From Ignavibacteriales bacterium (GTDB lineage: Bacteria; Bacillota_I; Bacilli_A; RF39; UBA660), in the NCBI GenBank assembly GCA_050259235.1, contig JBLNAG010000004.1:8591-72590 (forward strand): a DNA stretch of 64,000 bases, read 5' to 3'. The position numbers and the translations under genes were made by a program. The notes under the pieces were generated by a model. That model searched no databases, was not told the DNA's origin, and saw only the letters and a program-made list of their open reading frames with translations. How positions within the stretch are numbered: the first letter of the stretch is position 1; every line of letters starts with the position of its first letter. Below, piece after piece: positions 9,539 through 20,984 of this stretch.

Positions 9539-10390
9539 ATGAGTAAAATTATAATAATTCCTAGTGATAATAATCTTAACAATGATTGTGATGGATATAT
9601 TATTGGAGTAAAAAGTTTAAGTGTTAATATGCCTATTTATTTTGAATTAAATGAATTAATAGATTTTATTAATAAAATAAAAGGTAATAAGCAAGAAGTT
9701 TTTATTTCATTAAATAAGAATATGCATAATGGAGATCTAAAATATTTAGAAGAAGTAATGCAATCATTAAATGGATTAGGTATTAATGGGGTTTTATATT
9801 ATGATATTAGTGTTGTAAATATATGGAAGAGATTAAATGTAGATTATGAATTAGTATGGGCACAAGAACACCTAACTACTAATTATTTAACGTGCAATTA
9901 TTGGTATGACAAAGGTGTTAGATATACTTATTTATCAAGTGAAATAACAACTAATGAAATACAAGAAATAAGAAAAAATACTAAGATGAAGTTAATGGTT
10001 CCGATTTTTGGATATTTACCTATGTTTGTATCTAAAAGACATGTGGTAAAGAATTATTTAAATTATTTTGATTTAAAAGATAATTCAGATATCAATTATA
10101 TTGCTAAAGAATCAAAAGTATATCCAATTGTGGATAATGAAAATGGTACAACAGTATATTCTTGTAGTATATTAAATGGTATTGGGGAAACATTAAAGTT
10201 AACCGATATTGAATATTTAGTATTAAATGGTTTTAATATTGGTAATAATTTTAATAAAGTTGTAAAAATGTTTAAAAATGTTGATGAAAATAATATTGAA
10301 GAGTATATAAATGAGCTAGACCAATTATTTAATAGCAATAGAGGATTTCTCCATAGTAGAACAATATATAAGGTGAAGAATAATGAGTAA
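9539..10390 (+). CDS. peptidase U32 family protein (YrrN-like)
   Basis: ATG follows GGAAGTGA. Paired with and overlapping the downstream U32 gene. Synteny supports the call. Confidence 0.65.
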   Translation: MSKIIIIPSDNNLNNDCDGYIIGVKSLSVNMPIYFELNELIDFINKIKGNKQEVFISLNKNMHNGDLKYLEEVMQSLNGLGINGVLYYDISVVNIWKRLNVDYELVWAQEHLTTNYLTCNYWYDKGVRYTYLSSEITTNEIQEIRKNTKMKLMVPIFGYLPMFVSKRHVVKNYLNYFDLKDNSDINYIAKESKVYPIVDNENGTTVYSCSILNGIGETLKLTDIEYLVLNGFNIGNNFNKVVKMFKNVDENNIEEYINELDQLFNSNRGFLHSRTIYKVKNNE

Positions 10391-11600
10391 AAATTTGAAT
10401 ATAATGAAAAAACCAGAGTTATTAGCTCCGGCTGGTGATCTTGAAAGATTAAAAGTGGCTTTATTATATGGAGCTGATGCTGTTTATATTGGTGGACCAA
10501 TGTTTGGATTAAGAGCTAATGCTATTAATTTCACTGTTGATCAAATCAAGGAAGGTGTTGATTTTGCTCATAATCTAGGAAAAAAAATATATGTGACTGT
10601 TAATATTATTTTACATAATGAAGAAATTAATTTATTAGTAGATTATTTAAAAGAGTTAGATAAAATAGGGGTTGATGCTATTATTGTTAGTGATCCAACT
10701 GTTATTAGTCTAGCTAAGGAAAATACTAATTTAGAAGTTCATCTTTCAACCCAACAATCAACGCTTAATTATGAAGCTATTAAGTTTTGGAAAGAAGAAG
10801 GCGTTACTAGAATTGTAATGGGTAGAGAAGTAACTAGGGAAGAAATAATTGATATTAAAAAGAACGTTGATATTGAAATAGAGTGTTTCATTCATGGGGC
10901 AATGTGTGCTTCATATAGTGGTAGATGTGTACTAAGTAATTTTTTAACTGGAAGAGATTCTAATCGTGGTGGATGTAGTCAAATCTGTAGATGGGACTTT
11001 AATTTACTAGATGAATCAAAAGAACCTTTACAAGGAGAAAAGAATTTTACTTTTTGTACAAAAGATTTATCAATGTTAAAATATATACCTGATATGGTTG
11101 ATATTGGGGTAGTATCCCTTAAAATAGAAGGTAGAATGAGATCTGTTTATTATATTGCAACGGTTGTCGATATTTATCGTCATGCTATTGATGAATATTG
11201 TAACAATCCCGAAGGTTATGAATATAATGAAGAATATGAAAAAATATTAAGAAGATGTGCTAATAGAGATTCTGTTCCGCAATTTTTTAATAATATTTAT
11301 GATAGTAGTTGTCAATATTATAATGGTAGAGAAGAAGTATCTAATCAAGACTTTTTAGGAATTATATTAGATTATGACCTTAAAACTAAAATGGCAACGA
11401 TTGAACAAAGAAATTATTTTAAAGTTGGAGATGAAATAGAAATATTTGGCCCTAATATTAATATTATTTCAATGAAAGTAGAACAGATATTGGATGAAGA
11501 CAATAATGAAATTGATATTGTTAGACATCCAAAACAAATAGTAAAACTTAAGATAAATGATTTAGTTTATCCCAATAATTTAATGAGGATTAAGAACTAA
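10383..11600 (+). CDS. peptidase U32 family protein (YrrO-like)
   Basis: ELLAPAGDLERLKVALLYGADAVYIGG, the Cys cluster CASYSGRCVLSNF...GGCSQICR and SLKIEGRMRS are typical of U32. Confidence 0.8.
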   Translation: MSKNLNIMKKPELLAPAGDLERLKVALLYGADAVYIGGPMFGLRANAINFTVDQIKEGVDFAHNLGKKIYVTVNIILHNEEINLLVDYLKELDKIGVDAIIVSDPTVISLAKENTNLEVHLSTQQSTLNYEAIKFWKEEGVTRIVMGREVTREEIIDIKKNVDIEIECFIHGAMCASYSGRCVLSNFLTGRDSNRGGCSQICRWDFNLLDESKEPLQGEKNFTFCTKDLSMLKYIPDMVDIGVVSLKIEGRMRSVYYIATVVDIYRHAIDEYCNNPEGYEYNEEYEKILRRCANRDSVPQFFNNIYDSSCQYYNGREEVSNQDFLGIILDYDLKTKMATIEQRNYFKVGDEIEIFGPNINIISMKVEQILDEDNNEIDIVRHPKQIVKLKINDLVYPNNLMRIKN

Positions 11601-11679
11601 AAAAAAATAAGTTGACAAGATAATAAAACTATAGTATTATTATCTAGTAATTTTTTGATAAATGACGAGGTGAAAAAGA

Positions 11680-12150
11680 ATGTCAAATATAAAGGAGTTT
11701 TATTTAACAGAAGAAGGTTTAAATGAAATCAAGGAAGAATTAGACCATCTAAAGTTGGAACTTAGACCTGCAGTAATAAATAGTTTAAAAGAAGCTAGAG
11801 CTTTAGGCGACCTAAGCGAAAATGCGGAATATGATGCTGCACGTAATGAACAAGCAGTAGTTGAAAATAGAATTCAAGAATTGGAAGCAATGATTGAAAA
11901 AGCTGTTCTTATTAAAGACGTCAAAACTGACCGTGTTGCTATTGGAACTAAGGTTAAAATTGAGTATGTTGCAGATAAAGATACTGAAGTATATTCAATT
12001 GTTGGTAGTAAAGAAGCAGATCCATTTAGTAATAAAATTTCTAACGAGTCACCAATTGCTAGAGCTATTATGGGATTAAAAGTTGGAAGTATTGTAACTG
12101 TTGAAAGCCCTAATGGCAAATATGATGTAAAAATCGTTGAAATATTTTAA
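11680..12150 (+). CDS. greA: transcription elongation factor GreA
   Basis: ARALGDLSENAEYDAARNEQ; 156 aa. Confidence 0.9.
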   Translation: MSNIKEFYLTEEGLNEIKEELDHLKLELRPAVINSLKEARALGDLSENAEYDAARNEQAVVENRIQELEAMIEKAVLIKDVKTDRVAIGTKVKIEYVADKDTEVYSIVGSKEADPFSNKISNESPIARAIMGLKVGSIVTVESPNGKYDVKIVEIF

Positions 12151-12174
12151 GAAATAGGTATCTATTTCTTTTTT
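12151..12174 (+). terminator. Rho-independent terminator after greA
   Basis: GAAATAG-GTAT-CTATTTC followed by TTTTTT. Confidence 0.65.
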
Positions 12175-12229
12175 ACTTGTAAAAAAATATTAAATATTAT
12201 ATACTATATTAGTACGAATGGAGGAAATT

Positions 12230-13480
12230 ATGAAAAATACAAAAGAAGTTAAAATCAATATAGAAGGTCAAGAATGGCAAGATGCTTTAGATAAAGCTTT
12301 TAATAAAGCTAATCAAAAAGCTAAAATAGATGGTTTTAGACCAGGTAAAGCGCCTAAAGATGTATTCTTAAAAAAATATGGACAAGAAGCATTATATATG
12401 GAAGCTGCAGACATCTGCTTAGAAGTTGCATATGCAAAAATGATTAAAGACAATGAAGGTTTAGAAATAGTAAGTCAACCACAAGTTGAATTAGTCTCAG
12501 TTAATGATTCTGGATTAGAATTTAAATTTACTTTAACATTAAAACCAGAAGTTAAATTAGGTAAATATAAAGATTTAAAAGCTAAGAAAGAAAAAGTAGA
12601 AGTAACAAAAGAAGAAATAGATCACGCTATTGATGAAATGCGTAATCGTTTTGCTGAAAATGTTGTTAAAGAAGGCAAAATTGCTGATGGTGATGTAGCT
12701 GTTATCAATTTTGAAGGATTCAAAGACGGTGTTGCTTTTGAAGGTGGTAAAGGTGAAAATTACTCATTAAAGATTGGAAGTAAAACTTTTATTCCAGGAT
12801 TTGAAGAACAATTAATTGGTATGGAAAATAATGAAGAAAAAGAAATTGAAGTAACATTCCCAGAAGATTATCACAGTGAAGAATTAAAAGGTGCTTTAGT
12901 AACGTTTAAAGTAAAAGTAAATGAAATTAAAGCAATACAAATTCCAGAATTAAGCAAAGATTTCTTTGAAGATTTAAATATGGAAGGCGTTAATGATCTT
13001 AAATCATTAGAAGAACAAGTTAAAGAAACTATTAAAGCTAGAAAAGAAATGAATGCTGATAATAAATATATTGATGATTTATTAGAAGAAGCTGCTAAGG
13101 ATACTACAATAGATATTCCTGAAGCTATGGTTAATGAAGAATTAGATAGAATGTTAAGACAATATGAAGAAAATTTAAAGATGCAAGGTATTACTTTAGA
13201 TTTATTCTATCAATATACTAATTCAAATGAAGAAGCTTTAAAAGAACAAATGAAAGAAGAAGCATCTAAACGTGTTACTTACCGTTTAATGTTAGAACAA
13301 ATAGCTAAAGAAGAAAATATCGATATAACTGATAAAGAAGCAGAAAAAGAAGCAGAATCATTAGCTAAGAAATATGAAATGGATAAAGATGAATTCTTAG
13401 AATCATTTGGTGGTCTTGATATGATCAAATATGATTTAACAATGCGTCAAACATTAGATATATTAAGAGGTAATAAATAA
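12230..13480 (+). CDS. tig: trigger factor
   Basis: GFRPGKAPK ribosome-binding motif and an FKBP-like middle domain. The ATG at 12230 lies 5 nt after GGAGG. Confidence 0.9.
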   Translation: MKNTKEVKINIEGQEWQDALDKAFNKANQKAKIDGFRPGKAPKDVFLKKYGQEALYMEAADICLEVAYAKMIKDNEGLEIVSQPQVELVSVNDSGLEFKFTLTLKPEVKLGKYKDLKAKKEKVEVTKEEIDHAIDEMRNRFAENVVKEGKIADGDVAVINFEGFKDGVAFEGGKGENYSLKIGSKTFIPGFEEQLIGMENNEEKEIEVTFPEDYHSEELKGALVTFKVKVNEIKAIQIPELSKDFFEDLNMEGVNDLKSLEEQVKETIKARKEMNADNKYIDDLLEEAAKDTTIDIPEAMVNEELDRMLRQYEENLKMQGITLDLFYQYTNSNEEALKEQMKEEASKRVTYRLMLEQIAKEENIDITDKEAEKEAESLAKKYEMDKDEFLESFGGLDMIKYDLTMRQTLDILRGNK

Positions 13481-13522
13481 TTACCTTTTTTTATGATATA
13501 ATTAGTATGAAGTAGGTGAATT

Positions 13523-15679
13523 ATGGTAATAGAAGTTTTAGTTGAATTAAAGGCTAAGAGAATTGATAAGACTTATACTTATTTTGTGCCTCTAAACTTA
13601 CAAGAAAAAATTAAAGTAGGTATTAGAGTATTAGTTCCTTTTGGTAATCAAAAACTTGAAGGCTTTGTTTTAAAAATTACTAATAATAATTCACATGAAT
13701 ATGAATTAAAAGAAATAATAGATGTTATTGATGAAGAGCCAGTTATTAATGAAGAAATGTTAGAATTAGGTAAATATATAAGTAAAAAAACATTATCTAA
13801 TTTAATAAGTGCTTATCAGTCAATGTTACCTAGTGCTTTAAAAGCTAAAAAGGATTTTAAAGTTAATAAAAAATATGTTAGCTATATTAAAAAAATAGAT
13901 AATACTTATTTACCAAAGAATAATAGTCAAAAAGAATTGTTAGAATTAATTGGAGATAATGAAGTATTAAAAGGTTCTATTAATTCTAATAGTTTAAAAA
14001 CATTATTAGATAAAAAAGTTTTAGTTGAAATAAAATATGAAACATACCGCTTAAATAAAGATTATCAATGTGAAGAATGTAATATTACCTTAAATGAAGA
14101 GCAACAAACAGTTGTTAATACTGTTTTAAGTAACATGAATAATTTTAAACCTTTTCTTTTATATGGAGTAACAGGCTCTGGTAAAACTGAAGTATATATG
14201 CATATTATGAAAGAAGTATTAAAACAAAAAAAAGAAATTATAGTACTAGTCCCAGAAATTAGTTTAACTCCTCAAATGGTTGATATTTTTAGAAAAAGAT
14301 TTGGTAATCAAGTAGCTATTTTACATAGTCGTTTAAATAACGGCGAAAAATATGATGAATGGCGTAAGATTGAAAAGAAGGAAGTTTCGATTGTTATTGG
14401 TGCTAGAAGTGCTATATTCGCACCATTTACTAATTTGGGATTAATTGTTATTGATGAAGAACATACGCCTAGTTATAAACAAGAAAACAATCCTAAATAT
14501 AGTGCTATTGATGTTTCTTTATACCGTGCTAAGAAATATAATTGTCCAGTTATCTTAGGTAGTGCTACTCCTTCTATTGAAAGTTATACTAGAGCTAAAA
14601 CAGGAGTATATGAATTACTAACTATAAAGAAACGCGTTAATAATAATTTACCTAAAGTAGAATTAATTGATATGAAAGATGAAATAAAGAAGGGCAACCG
14701 TATTATTAGTGGTAAACTAAAAGAAGAAATTAATAAATGTATAAATAATAATGAACAAGTTATCATTTTATTAAATAGAAGAGGCTATTCAACAGTAATT
14801 ACATGTCATGCTTGTGGTCATACTGATAAGTGTCCAAATTGTGATATACCATTAACCTATCACCATAAAGATAATAAAATGAAATGCCATTATTGTAATT
14901 ATGAAAGAACAAAATTAAATATGTGTCCAGAATGTAATTCCAAAGATATTAATCAATATGGAATGGGTACTGAAAAATTAGAACAAGAAATTAATAGAAT
15001 ATTTCCAAATGCTAAAACAATTAGAATGGATATGGATACAACTGGTACTAAAGGTGCTCACGAGAGAATTATTAATGATTTTAGAGAAGAAAAATATAAT
15101 GTCTTAATTGGTACACAAATGGTATCAAAAGGTTTAGATTTTCCTAAAGTTACTTTGGTTGGAGTTATCAATGGTGATGCTTCTTTAAATATCCCAGACT
15201 TTAGAAGTGCCGAAAGAACCTTCCAACTATTAAATCAAGTAGCGGGAAGGGCAGGGCGTGCTGATAAAAAGGGATTAGTTATTATTCAAGGATTTAATAT
15301 TAGTCACTATAGTATTATTTACTCAATGAATCATGACTACACTAGTTTCTACGATGAAGAAATGCATATTAGATCTTTACTTAAATACCCACCATTTTAT
15401 AACTTAACTTTAATTAAAATAACGAGCTCTGATTATGATAATGGAATGTTAGAAAGTAATAAAATAGTTAACTACTTAAAAAATAAATTAAAAGATGTAA
15501 TTATTTTAGGGCCGTCAATGGCTAATATATCTAAGATAAATAATGTTTATCAAATTCAAATTCTTTTAAAATATAAAAACAGTAAAGAAATCATTAATGA
15601 ATTAATTAATATCAATGAAAAATATCGTGCTAATAATAAAGTTAATGTTGACATAGATATTAATCCTATCAAATTATAA
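13523..15679 (+). CDS. priA: primosomal protein N' (replication restart helicase PriA)
   Basis: GVTGSGKTEVY, VIDEEH and the Cys-rich zinc region CHACGH..CPNCD..CHYCNY..CPECN. Confidence 0.9.
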   Translation: MVIEVLVELKAKRIDKTYTYFVPLNLQEKIKVGIRVLVPFGNQKLEGFVLKITNNNSHEYELKEIIDVIDEEPVINEEMLELGKYISKKTLSNLISAYQSMLPSALKAKKDFKVNKKYVSYIKKIDNTYLPKNNSQKELLELIGDNEVLKGSINSNSLKTLLDKKVLVEIKYETYRLNKDYQCEECNITLNEEQQTVVNTVLSNMNNFKPFLLYGVTGSGKTEVYMHIMKEVLKQKKEIIVLVPEISLTPQMVDIFRKRFGNQVAILHSRLNNGEKYDEWRKIEKKEVSIVIGARSAIFAPFTNLGLIVIDEEHTPSYKQENNPKYSAIDVSLYRAKKYNCPVILGSATPSIESYTRAKTGVYELLTIKKRVNNNLPKVELIDMKDEIKKGNRIISGKLKEEINKCINNNEQVIILLNRRGYSTVITCHACGHTDKCPNCDIPLTYHHKDNKMKCHYCNYERTKLNMCPECNSKDINQYGMGTEKLEQEINRIFPNAKTIRMDMDTTGTKGAHERIINDFREEKYNVLIGTQMVSKGLDFPKVTLVGVINGDASLNIPDFRSAERTFQLLNQVAGRAGRADKKGLVIIQGFNISHYSIIYSMNHDYTSFYDEEMHIRSLLKYPPFYNLTLIKITSSDYDNGMLESNKIVNYLKNKLKDVIILGPSMANISKINNVYQIQILLKYKNSKEIINELININEKYRANNKVNVDIDINPIKL

Positions 15680-15724
15680 TTGTTTTTTATTTTAATATGT
15701 GGTATTTTTATAGAGAGGTGTGTA

Positions 15725-16150
15725 ATGAAAAAGAAAATAGGATTATGTTTGACTTTAATATTAATGTTAGTAGTAAGTGGTTGTGGTAAGACAAAACTTA
15801 CTTGTACCAAGACAGAAAATTGGATTCATACTCTTGATTTTAATCAAGAAGTAGTATTCAAAAAAGAAAAAATAGACTCAGTTACTCAAACAGTAAAAAT
15901 TACTTCTGAAGAACAATTAGATAATGAATATGAAACATATAAGAAAAAAGAAAAAGAATATGCATCAAAGGAAGGAATTACCTTTGAAGTAAGTAAGATA
16001 GAAGAAGGATTATTTGTTTCTTTGGAAATTGATACAGAAAAAGCTGCTAAAACAGATTTAGAGGAATTTGGTTTTCCTAAAGATGTACTCAATTTAACAG
16101 TAGAACAAGTTAAGAAAAAAATGGAAGATGAAGGTTATACTTGCAAGTAA
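15725..16150 (+). CDS. lipoprotein (possibly YehR/DUF1307-like)
   Basis: MKKKIGLCLTLILMLVVSGCGK contains a lipobox. The internal ATG is preferred to the 15680 track start. Confidence 0.55.
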   Translation: MKKKIGLCLTLILMLVVSGCGKTKLTCTKTENWIHTLDFNQEVVFKKEKIDSVTQTVKITSEEQLDNEYETYKKKEKEYASKEGITFEVSKIEEGLFVSLEIDTEKAAKTDLEEFGFPKDVLNLTVEQVKKKMEDEGYTCK

Positions 16151-16211
16151 ACTTTCATTTTTTCTTTGATATTTATTTATAGATATGATAAAATGATGTT
16201 AGGGTGATAAT

Positions 16212-17177
16212 ATGGACTACAGTAGTATTAAAGTAGATAAAAAACTTAAGATAGTATACATGGGAACCCCTGAATTTAGTGAAGTTGTTTTGAGGGGCTT
16301 ATTGGAAAAATATCCAGTCAGAGCAATTGTTACTCAACCAGATAAAGCAAGAGATAGGGATGGGGAAGTATTATTTTCTCATGTTAAAAAAGTTGGAATA
16401 GAAAAAACTATTCTGGTTTTACAACCTGAAAATATTAAAAAACAATATCATGAAGTATTGGCATTAGAACCAGATATTATTATTACTTGTGCTTATGGGC
16501 AAATTATACCTAATGAATTAATTGATTATCCTAAGTATGGGTGCATAAATGTTCATGCTTCATTATTGCCTAAACTTAGAGGTGGAGCACCAATTCATCG
16601 TGCTATTATAAATGGTTATAAAGAAACGGGTATTACCATCATGTATATGAATTCAAGTATGGATGCAGGTGATATCATTAGTCAAAATAAGATTGAAATA
16701 ACTGATCAAGATACTGCTGAATCATTACACGATAAATTAGCAGTTTTAGGTAGAGATCTTTTATTAGAGACATTACCTAGTATTTTAGAAGGAACTAATC
16801 AAAGAATTAAGCAAGATCAAAGCGAAGTTACATTTGGTTTAACTATTAAAAGGGAAGATGAAAAAATAGATTTTGAAAAAACTAAAAAACAAATATACAA
16901 TCAAGTTAGAGGGTTGTTTTCATGGCCAGGAGCTTATTGTTTATATGAAGGTAAGATATTAAAGGTATGGAAATGTTATTATACTGATGAGGTATATTCA
17001 AATTTATTTGATGGTCAAATATCTCGTATATATCCTGATGGTATAGGTGTTAAAGTTAATAATGGTGAAGTAGTATTCACTGAAGTACAATTAGAAGGTA
17101 AGCAAAGAATGTCTGCGATTGATTTTTTAAATGGTATTCAAAATAAAGAAAATATTATTGGTAAGATATTAGATTAG
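16212..17177 (+). CDS. fmt: methionyl-tRNA formyltransferase
   Basis: VYMGTPEFS and NVHASLLPKLRGGAPIHRAI. Confidence 0.9.
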   Translation: MDYSSIKVDKKLKIVYMGTPEFSEVVLRGLLEKYPVRAIVTQPDKARDRDGEVLFSHVKKVGIEKTILVLQPENIKKQYHEVLALEPDIIITCAYGQIIPNELIDYPKYGCINVHASLLPKLRGGAPIHRAIINGYKETGITIMYMNSSMDAGDIISQNKIEITDQDTAESLHDKLAVLGRDLLLETLPSILEGTNQRIKQDQSEVTFGLTIKREDEKIDFEKTKKQIYNQVRGLFSWPGAYCLYEGKILKVWKCYYTDEVYSNLFDGQISRIYPDGIGVKVNNGEVVFTEVQLEGKQRMSAIDFLNGIQNKENIIGKILD

Positions 17178-17184
17178 GTGATTT

Positions 17185-17934
17185 ATGAATTTTAAGATGT
17201 ATATAAATAAATTTAAGGAATTATGGGCTGTTCCTAGATATAGATCAATGCTTAAACTTGGTCTATGGATAATATTTTTTATTCTTGTATCTCTAGGGGT
17301 TAGTTCATATGAATATGTTGGTAAAGATAATCATAGCAACGATAACAATGATGAAGAAATTATAGAAGAAAAAGAAGCTATTGAGAAATTTAAAGACATG
17401 GATAATTATAGTTTTACCATAAATTATATAGGTAAAGAAAATACTGTTATAATTGGAAAGAACTATAATAATAAATCTATAATTATGTTTAATGATAAAA
17501 TGTATTACCGTGAGGGTGATATTGTTTACAATATTGAAGGAGAATATCGTTCTTCCGAAGAAATAGATAGTCCTTTCCCTTCAAGTGATTTTTCTTTACA
17601 ACCAAGTGATTTATACACTTTGATTAAAAGAGGAACATTAGATGAAGAAACTAAAAAAATTCAAGATAATACAATAATTAAAAAATATATTATTATTGAT
17701 CAACTTGTTCTTTTAAAATATCAAATACCTGAAGGTGAAAAGAATAAGGCTAGTATTATTATAACTACTTATGAAAAAGATGGACAAATAAATAAAGTTG
17801 ATGTTGATTTAACTAATATCAAAAAAATTGAAGAAGCATATGATGGAAATGAATATATTATTACTATTGATTATAGTGATATAGATAAAGTTCTAGAATT
17901 TGTTTATAAAGAAAAAATAGAAAATGCAGAATAG
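17185..17934 (+). CDS. hypothetical membrane-anchored protein
   Basis: Start follows AGGTGA. One N-terminal TM segment; no motif recognised. Confidence 0.45.
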   Translation: MNFKMYINKFKELWAVPRYRSMLKLGLWIIFFILVSLGVSSYEYVGKDNHSNDNNDEEIIEEKEAIEKFKDMDNYSFTINYIGKENTVIIGKNYNNKSIIMFNDKMYYREGDIVYNIEGEYRSSEEIDSPFPSSDFSLQPSDLYTLIKRGTLDEETKKIQDNTIIKKYIIIDQLVLLKYQIPEGEKNKASIIITTYEKDGQINKVDVDLTNIKKIEEAYDGNEYIITIDYSDIDKVLEFVYKEKIENAE

Positions 17935-17948
17935 AAGGGGAATGTTAT

Positions 17949-18254
17949 ATGGATATAGTTATTTTAATGGCGTTAATAGGTTTCGTAGTATTTTTCTTTA
18001 AAAGATTTGTTAACGTTATATATTTAATCCCGATTGTTGATATATTTTTAAGAATTCTTGCAGTAATAAAGGAATATATTACTGATCCACAATTCTATGC
18101 TTTTATAGATAAATGGTTCCCGGCTAATATTCCAAGTATTATTGGAAAATATACTAGTGGGTTTATCTATGATGTATTCTTTTGGATATATATTGCAGTT
18201 TACATTATATTTGAATATTACATCATTAGAGAATTCTTTAGTGGTAAAAAATAA
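17949..18254 (+). CDS. hypothetical small membrane protein
   Basis: RBS GAAGGGG; two to three hydrophobic segments. Confidence 0.4.
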   Translation: MDIVILMALIGFVVFFFKRFVNVIYLIPIVDIFLRILAVIKEYITDPQFYAFIDKWFPANIPSIIGKYTSGFIYDVFFWIYIAVYIIFEYYIIREFFSGKK

Positions 18255-18322
18255 ACATCATATTTGATGTTTTTTTATTTACTCAAACATTTGTTTGTGA
18301 TATAATAATAATAGGTGATAAG

Positions 18323-18880
18323 ATGTACGCATATATTAAAGGTATTGTAACTAGTATTGAAAGTCAATATATAATTCTTGAAAATAATGGTATAGGTTAT
18401 TTAATTTATACGCCTAATCCTTATAGTTTTCAGGAAAATAATGAATATACTGTTCATGTTCATCAACATGTTCGTGAAGATTCAATTAATTTATATGGGT
18501 TTAAATTAATTGAGGAAAAAGAGTTGTTTTTGAAGTTAATCGAGGTAAATGGATTAGGATGTAAAACTGCTTTACCAATGTTAGCTACTGGATCAATTAA
18601 TGGCATTATGGATGCCATTAATAGGGAAAATATCTTATATTTAAAAAAATTTCCTAAAATAGGAGAAAAAGTAGCTCGTCAAATAATTTTAGATTTAAAA
18701 GGTAAGTTAGTACCAAATACTGATAATAAAAATAATAGTTATCAATTTGATGAATTGGTTGAAGTATTAAAAGGACTTGGATACAAGAATAATGATATTA
18801 ATAAGATTTTACCTAATGTAGATGCTAAGAAGAGTATTGAAGAGCAAATTAAAGATGCATTAAAACAAATGTTAAAATAA
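18323..18880 (+). CDS. ruvA: Holliday junction branch migration complex subunit RuvA
   Basis: MYAYIKGIV...LYGF and the helix-hairpin-helix region VNGLGCKTAL. Located upstream of ruvB. Confidence 0.9.
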   Translation: MYAYIKGIVTSIESQYIILENNGIGYLIYTPNPYSFQENNEYTVHVHQHVREDSINLYGFKLIEEKELFLKLIEVNGLGCKTALPMLATGSINGIMDAINRENILYLKKFPKIGEKVARQIILDLKGKLVPNTDNKNNSYQFDELVEVLKGLGYKNNDINKILPNVDAKKSIEEQIKDALKQMLK

Positions 18881-18892
18881 AAAGGAGGAACT

Positions 18893-19897
18893 ATGGAGGA
18901 AAGAATTTTTACTGGTATTGAGACAGGTGAAGATCAGTTTGAAAGAAATATTCGTCCACAATATTTAACTGAATATATTGGTCAAACAGAAGTAAAACAA
19001 AATTTAAGTGTTTTTATTAAAGCAGCTAAAATGAGAGAAGAACCATTAGATCATGTTTTGTTATATGGGCCTCCAGGATTAGGAAAAACTACTTTAGCTT
19101 GTATTATTGCTAATGAACTTGGAAGTGATATTAAAACTTGTAGTGGGCCATCGATTGAAAAAAGTGGTGATTTAGCAGCTGTTTTATCTGCTTTAGAACC
19201 AGGCGATGTATTATTTATTGATGAAATACATCGTATTCCAAGATTTATTGAAGAAATATTATATTCAGCGATGGAAGATTTTACTTTGGATATAATAGTT
19301 GGTAGTGATTCTAATAGTCGTAATATTAAAATAGATTTACCACCTTTTACTTTAATAGGAGCAACTACTAGAGCTGGTGATCTTACTGGTCCACTTAGGG
19401 ATAGATTTGGAATTGTATCTAGATTAAATTATTATACGATTGATGAATTAACGGATATTGTTAAAAGAACAAGTAGAGTATTAGAAAGTCCAATTGATGA
19501 AGAAGCAGCTTTAGAATTAGCAAAAAGAAGTAGGGGTACTCCTAGAATTGCTAATAGATTATTTAAAAGGGTAAGAGATTATGCTTTAGTTATTGGTGAT
19601 GGAGTCATTGATATTGAAATAACAAAGATGGCTTTAGATAAGTTAAAAGTTGATGGGTTAGGATTAGATGAAACTGACCATAATTTATTAAAGGCTATTA
19701 TTGAAAAGTTTAATGGTGGTCCAGTTGGTATTGAAGCTATTGCTTCTAGTATTGGTGAGGAACAGACTACTATTGAAGATGTTTATGAACCATATTTATT
19801 ACAAAATGGTTTCTTAAAGAGAACTAATAGGGGACGTATTGTTACTAAGAAAACATATGAACACTTAAAGATTGAATATCAAGAAAAAATATTTTAA
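18893..19897 (+). CDS. ruvB: Holliday junction branch migration ATPase RuvB
   Basis: LRPQ-like [28 protein letters not shown] and GTPRIANRL. Confidence 0.95.
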   Translation: MEERIFTGIETGEDQFERNIRPQYLTEYIGQTEVKQNLSVFIKAAKMREEPLDHVLLYGPPGLGKTTLACIIANELGSDIKTCSGPSIEKSGDLAAVLSALEPGDVLFIDEIHRIPRFIEEILYSAMEDFTLDIIVGSDSNSRNIKIDLPPFTLIGATTRAGDLTGPLRDRFGIVSRLNYYTIDELTDIVKRTSRVLESPIDEEAALELAKRSRGTPRIANRLFKRVRDYALVIGDGVIDIEITKMALDKLKVDGLGLDETDHNLLKAIIEKFNGGPVGIEAIASSIGEEQTTIEDVYEPYLLQNGFLKRTNRGRIVTKKTYEHLKIEYQEKIF

Positions 19898-19951
19898 AAA
19901 AGATTTTATATCTTTTTTTTATGATATAATAATGAATAAACGAGGTTGATT

Positions 19952-20974
19952 ATGAAAACAGAAGATTTTAATTTTGAATTACCAGAAAATCTTATTGCTC
20001 AAACACCATTATTAAATAGAGAAGCTTCTAGATTATTAGTGCTTGATAAAAAAAGTGGTGAAATTGAACATAAGCATTTTAATAATATAATTGATTATTT
20101 AGAAGAAGGAGATACTTTAGTATTAAATGATACAAAAGTAATCCCAGCTAGATTATATGGAGTAAAAGAAGATACAAAAGCTGTTATTGAAATACTTATG
20201 CTTAAAGATGAAGCGGATGATAATTGGGAATGTTTAGTTAAACCTGCTAAGAGAGTAAAAGTAGGAACTATTATTGACTTTAGTGATATTTTAAAAGCTG
20301 AATGTGTAGAAGTAAAGGATGAAGGAATTCGTGTTTTTAAACTTAAATACAAAGGTATTTTATATGAAATATTAGATACTTTAGGGGAAATGCCTTTACC
20401 ACCATATATTCATGAAAAATTAAAAGATCAAAATAGATATCAAACAGTATATGCTAAGAATGTTGGTAGTGCAGCTGCACCAACCGCAGGATTACATTTT
20501 ACTACTTCTTTATTAGAAAAAATAAAAGAGAAAAAAATAAATATTGCATATATAACTTTACATGTTGGATTAGGTACTTTTAGACCCGTTAATGTTGAAG
20601 ATATTAGTAATCATAAAATGCATTCGGAGTTTTATATTATGGATAAGAATACTGCTGATATACTTAATAAAACAAAAGAATCAGGAAAAAAAATATATAG
20701 TGTAGGAACAACTTCTACTAGAACTTTAGAGACAATATATGGTAAGTATAATTCCTTTAAGGAATGTAGTGGATGGACAGATATATTTATATTTCCCGGA
20801 TATCAATTTAAAGCAATTGATGCTTTAATTACTAACTTTCATTTACCAAAATCCACACTAATTATGTTAGTTAGTGCATTTGCTAATCGTGAAATAGTCT
20901 TAAATGCTTATAAAGAAGCAATTAAAGAAGAATACCGTTTCTTTTCATTTGGAGACAGTATGTTAATAAAATAA
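19952..20974 (+). CDS. queA: tRNA preQ1(34) S-adenosylmethionine ribosyltransferase-isomerase
   Basis: [20 protein letters not shown] and [10 protein letters not shown]. Confidence 0.9.
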   Translation: MKTEDFNFELPENLIAQTPLLNREASRLLVLDKKSGEIEHKHFNNIIDYLEEGDTLVLNDTKVIPARLYGVKEDTKAVIEILMLKDEADDNWECLVKPAKRVKVGTIIDFSDILKAECVEVKDEGIRVFKLKYKGILYEILDTLGEMPLPPYIHEKLKDQNRYQTVYAKNVGSAAAPTAGLHFTTSLLEKIKEKKINIAYITLHVGLGTFRPVNVEDISNHKMHSEFYIMDKNTADILNKTKESGKKIYSVGTTSTRTLETIYGKYNSFKECSGWTDIFIFPGYQFKAIDALITNFHLPKSTLIMLVSAFANREIVLNAYKEAIKEEYRFFSFGDSMLIK

Positions 20975-20984
20975 AGGTGATGTT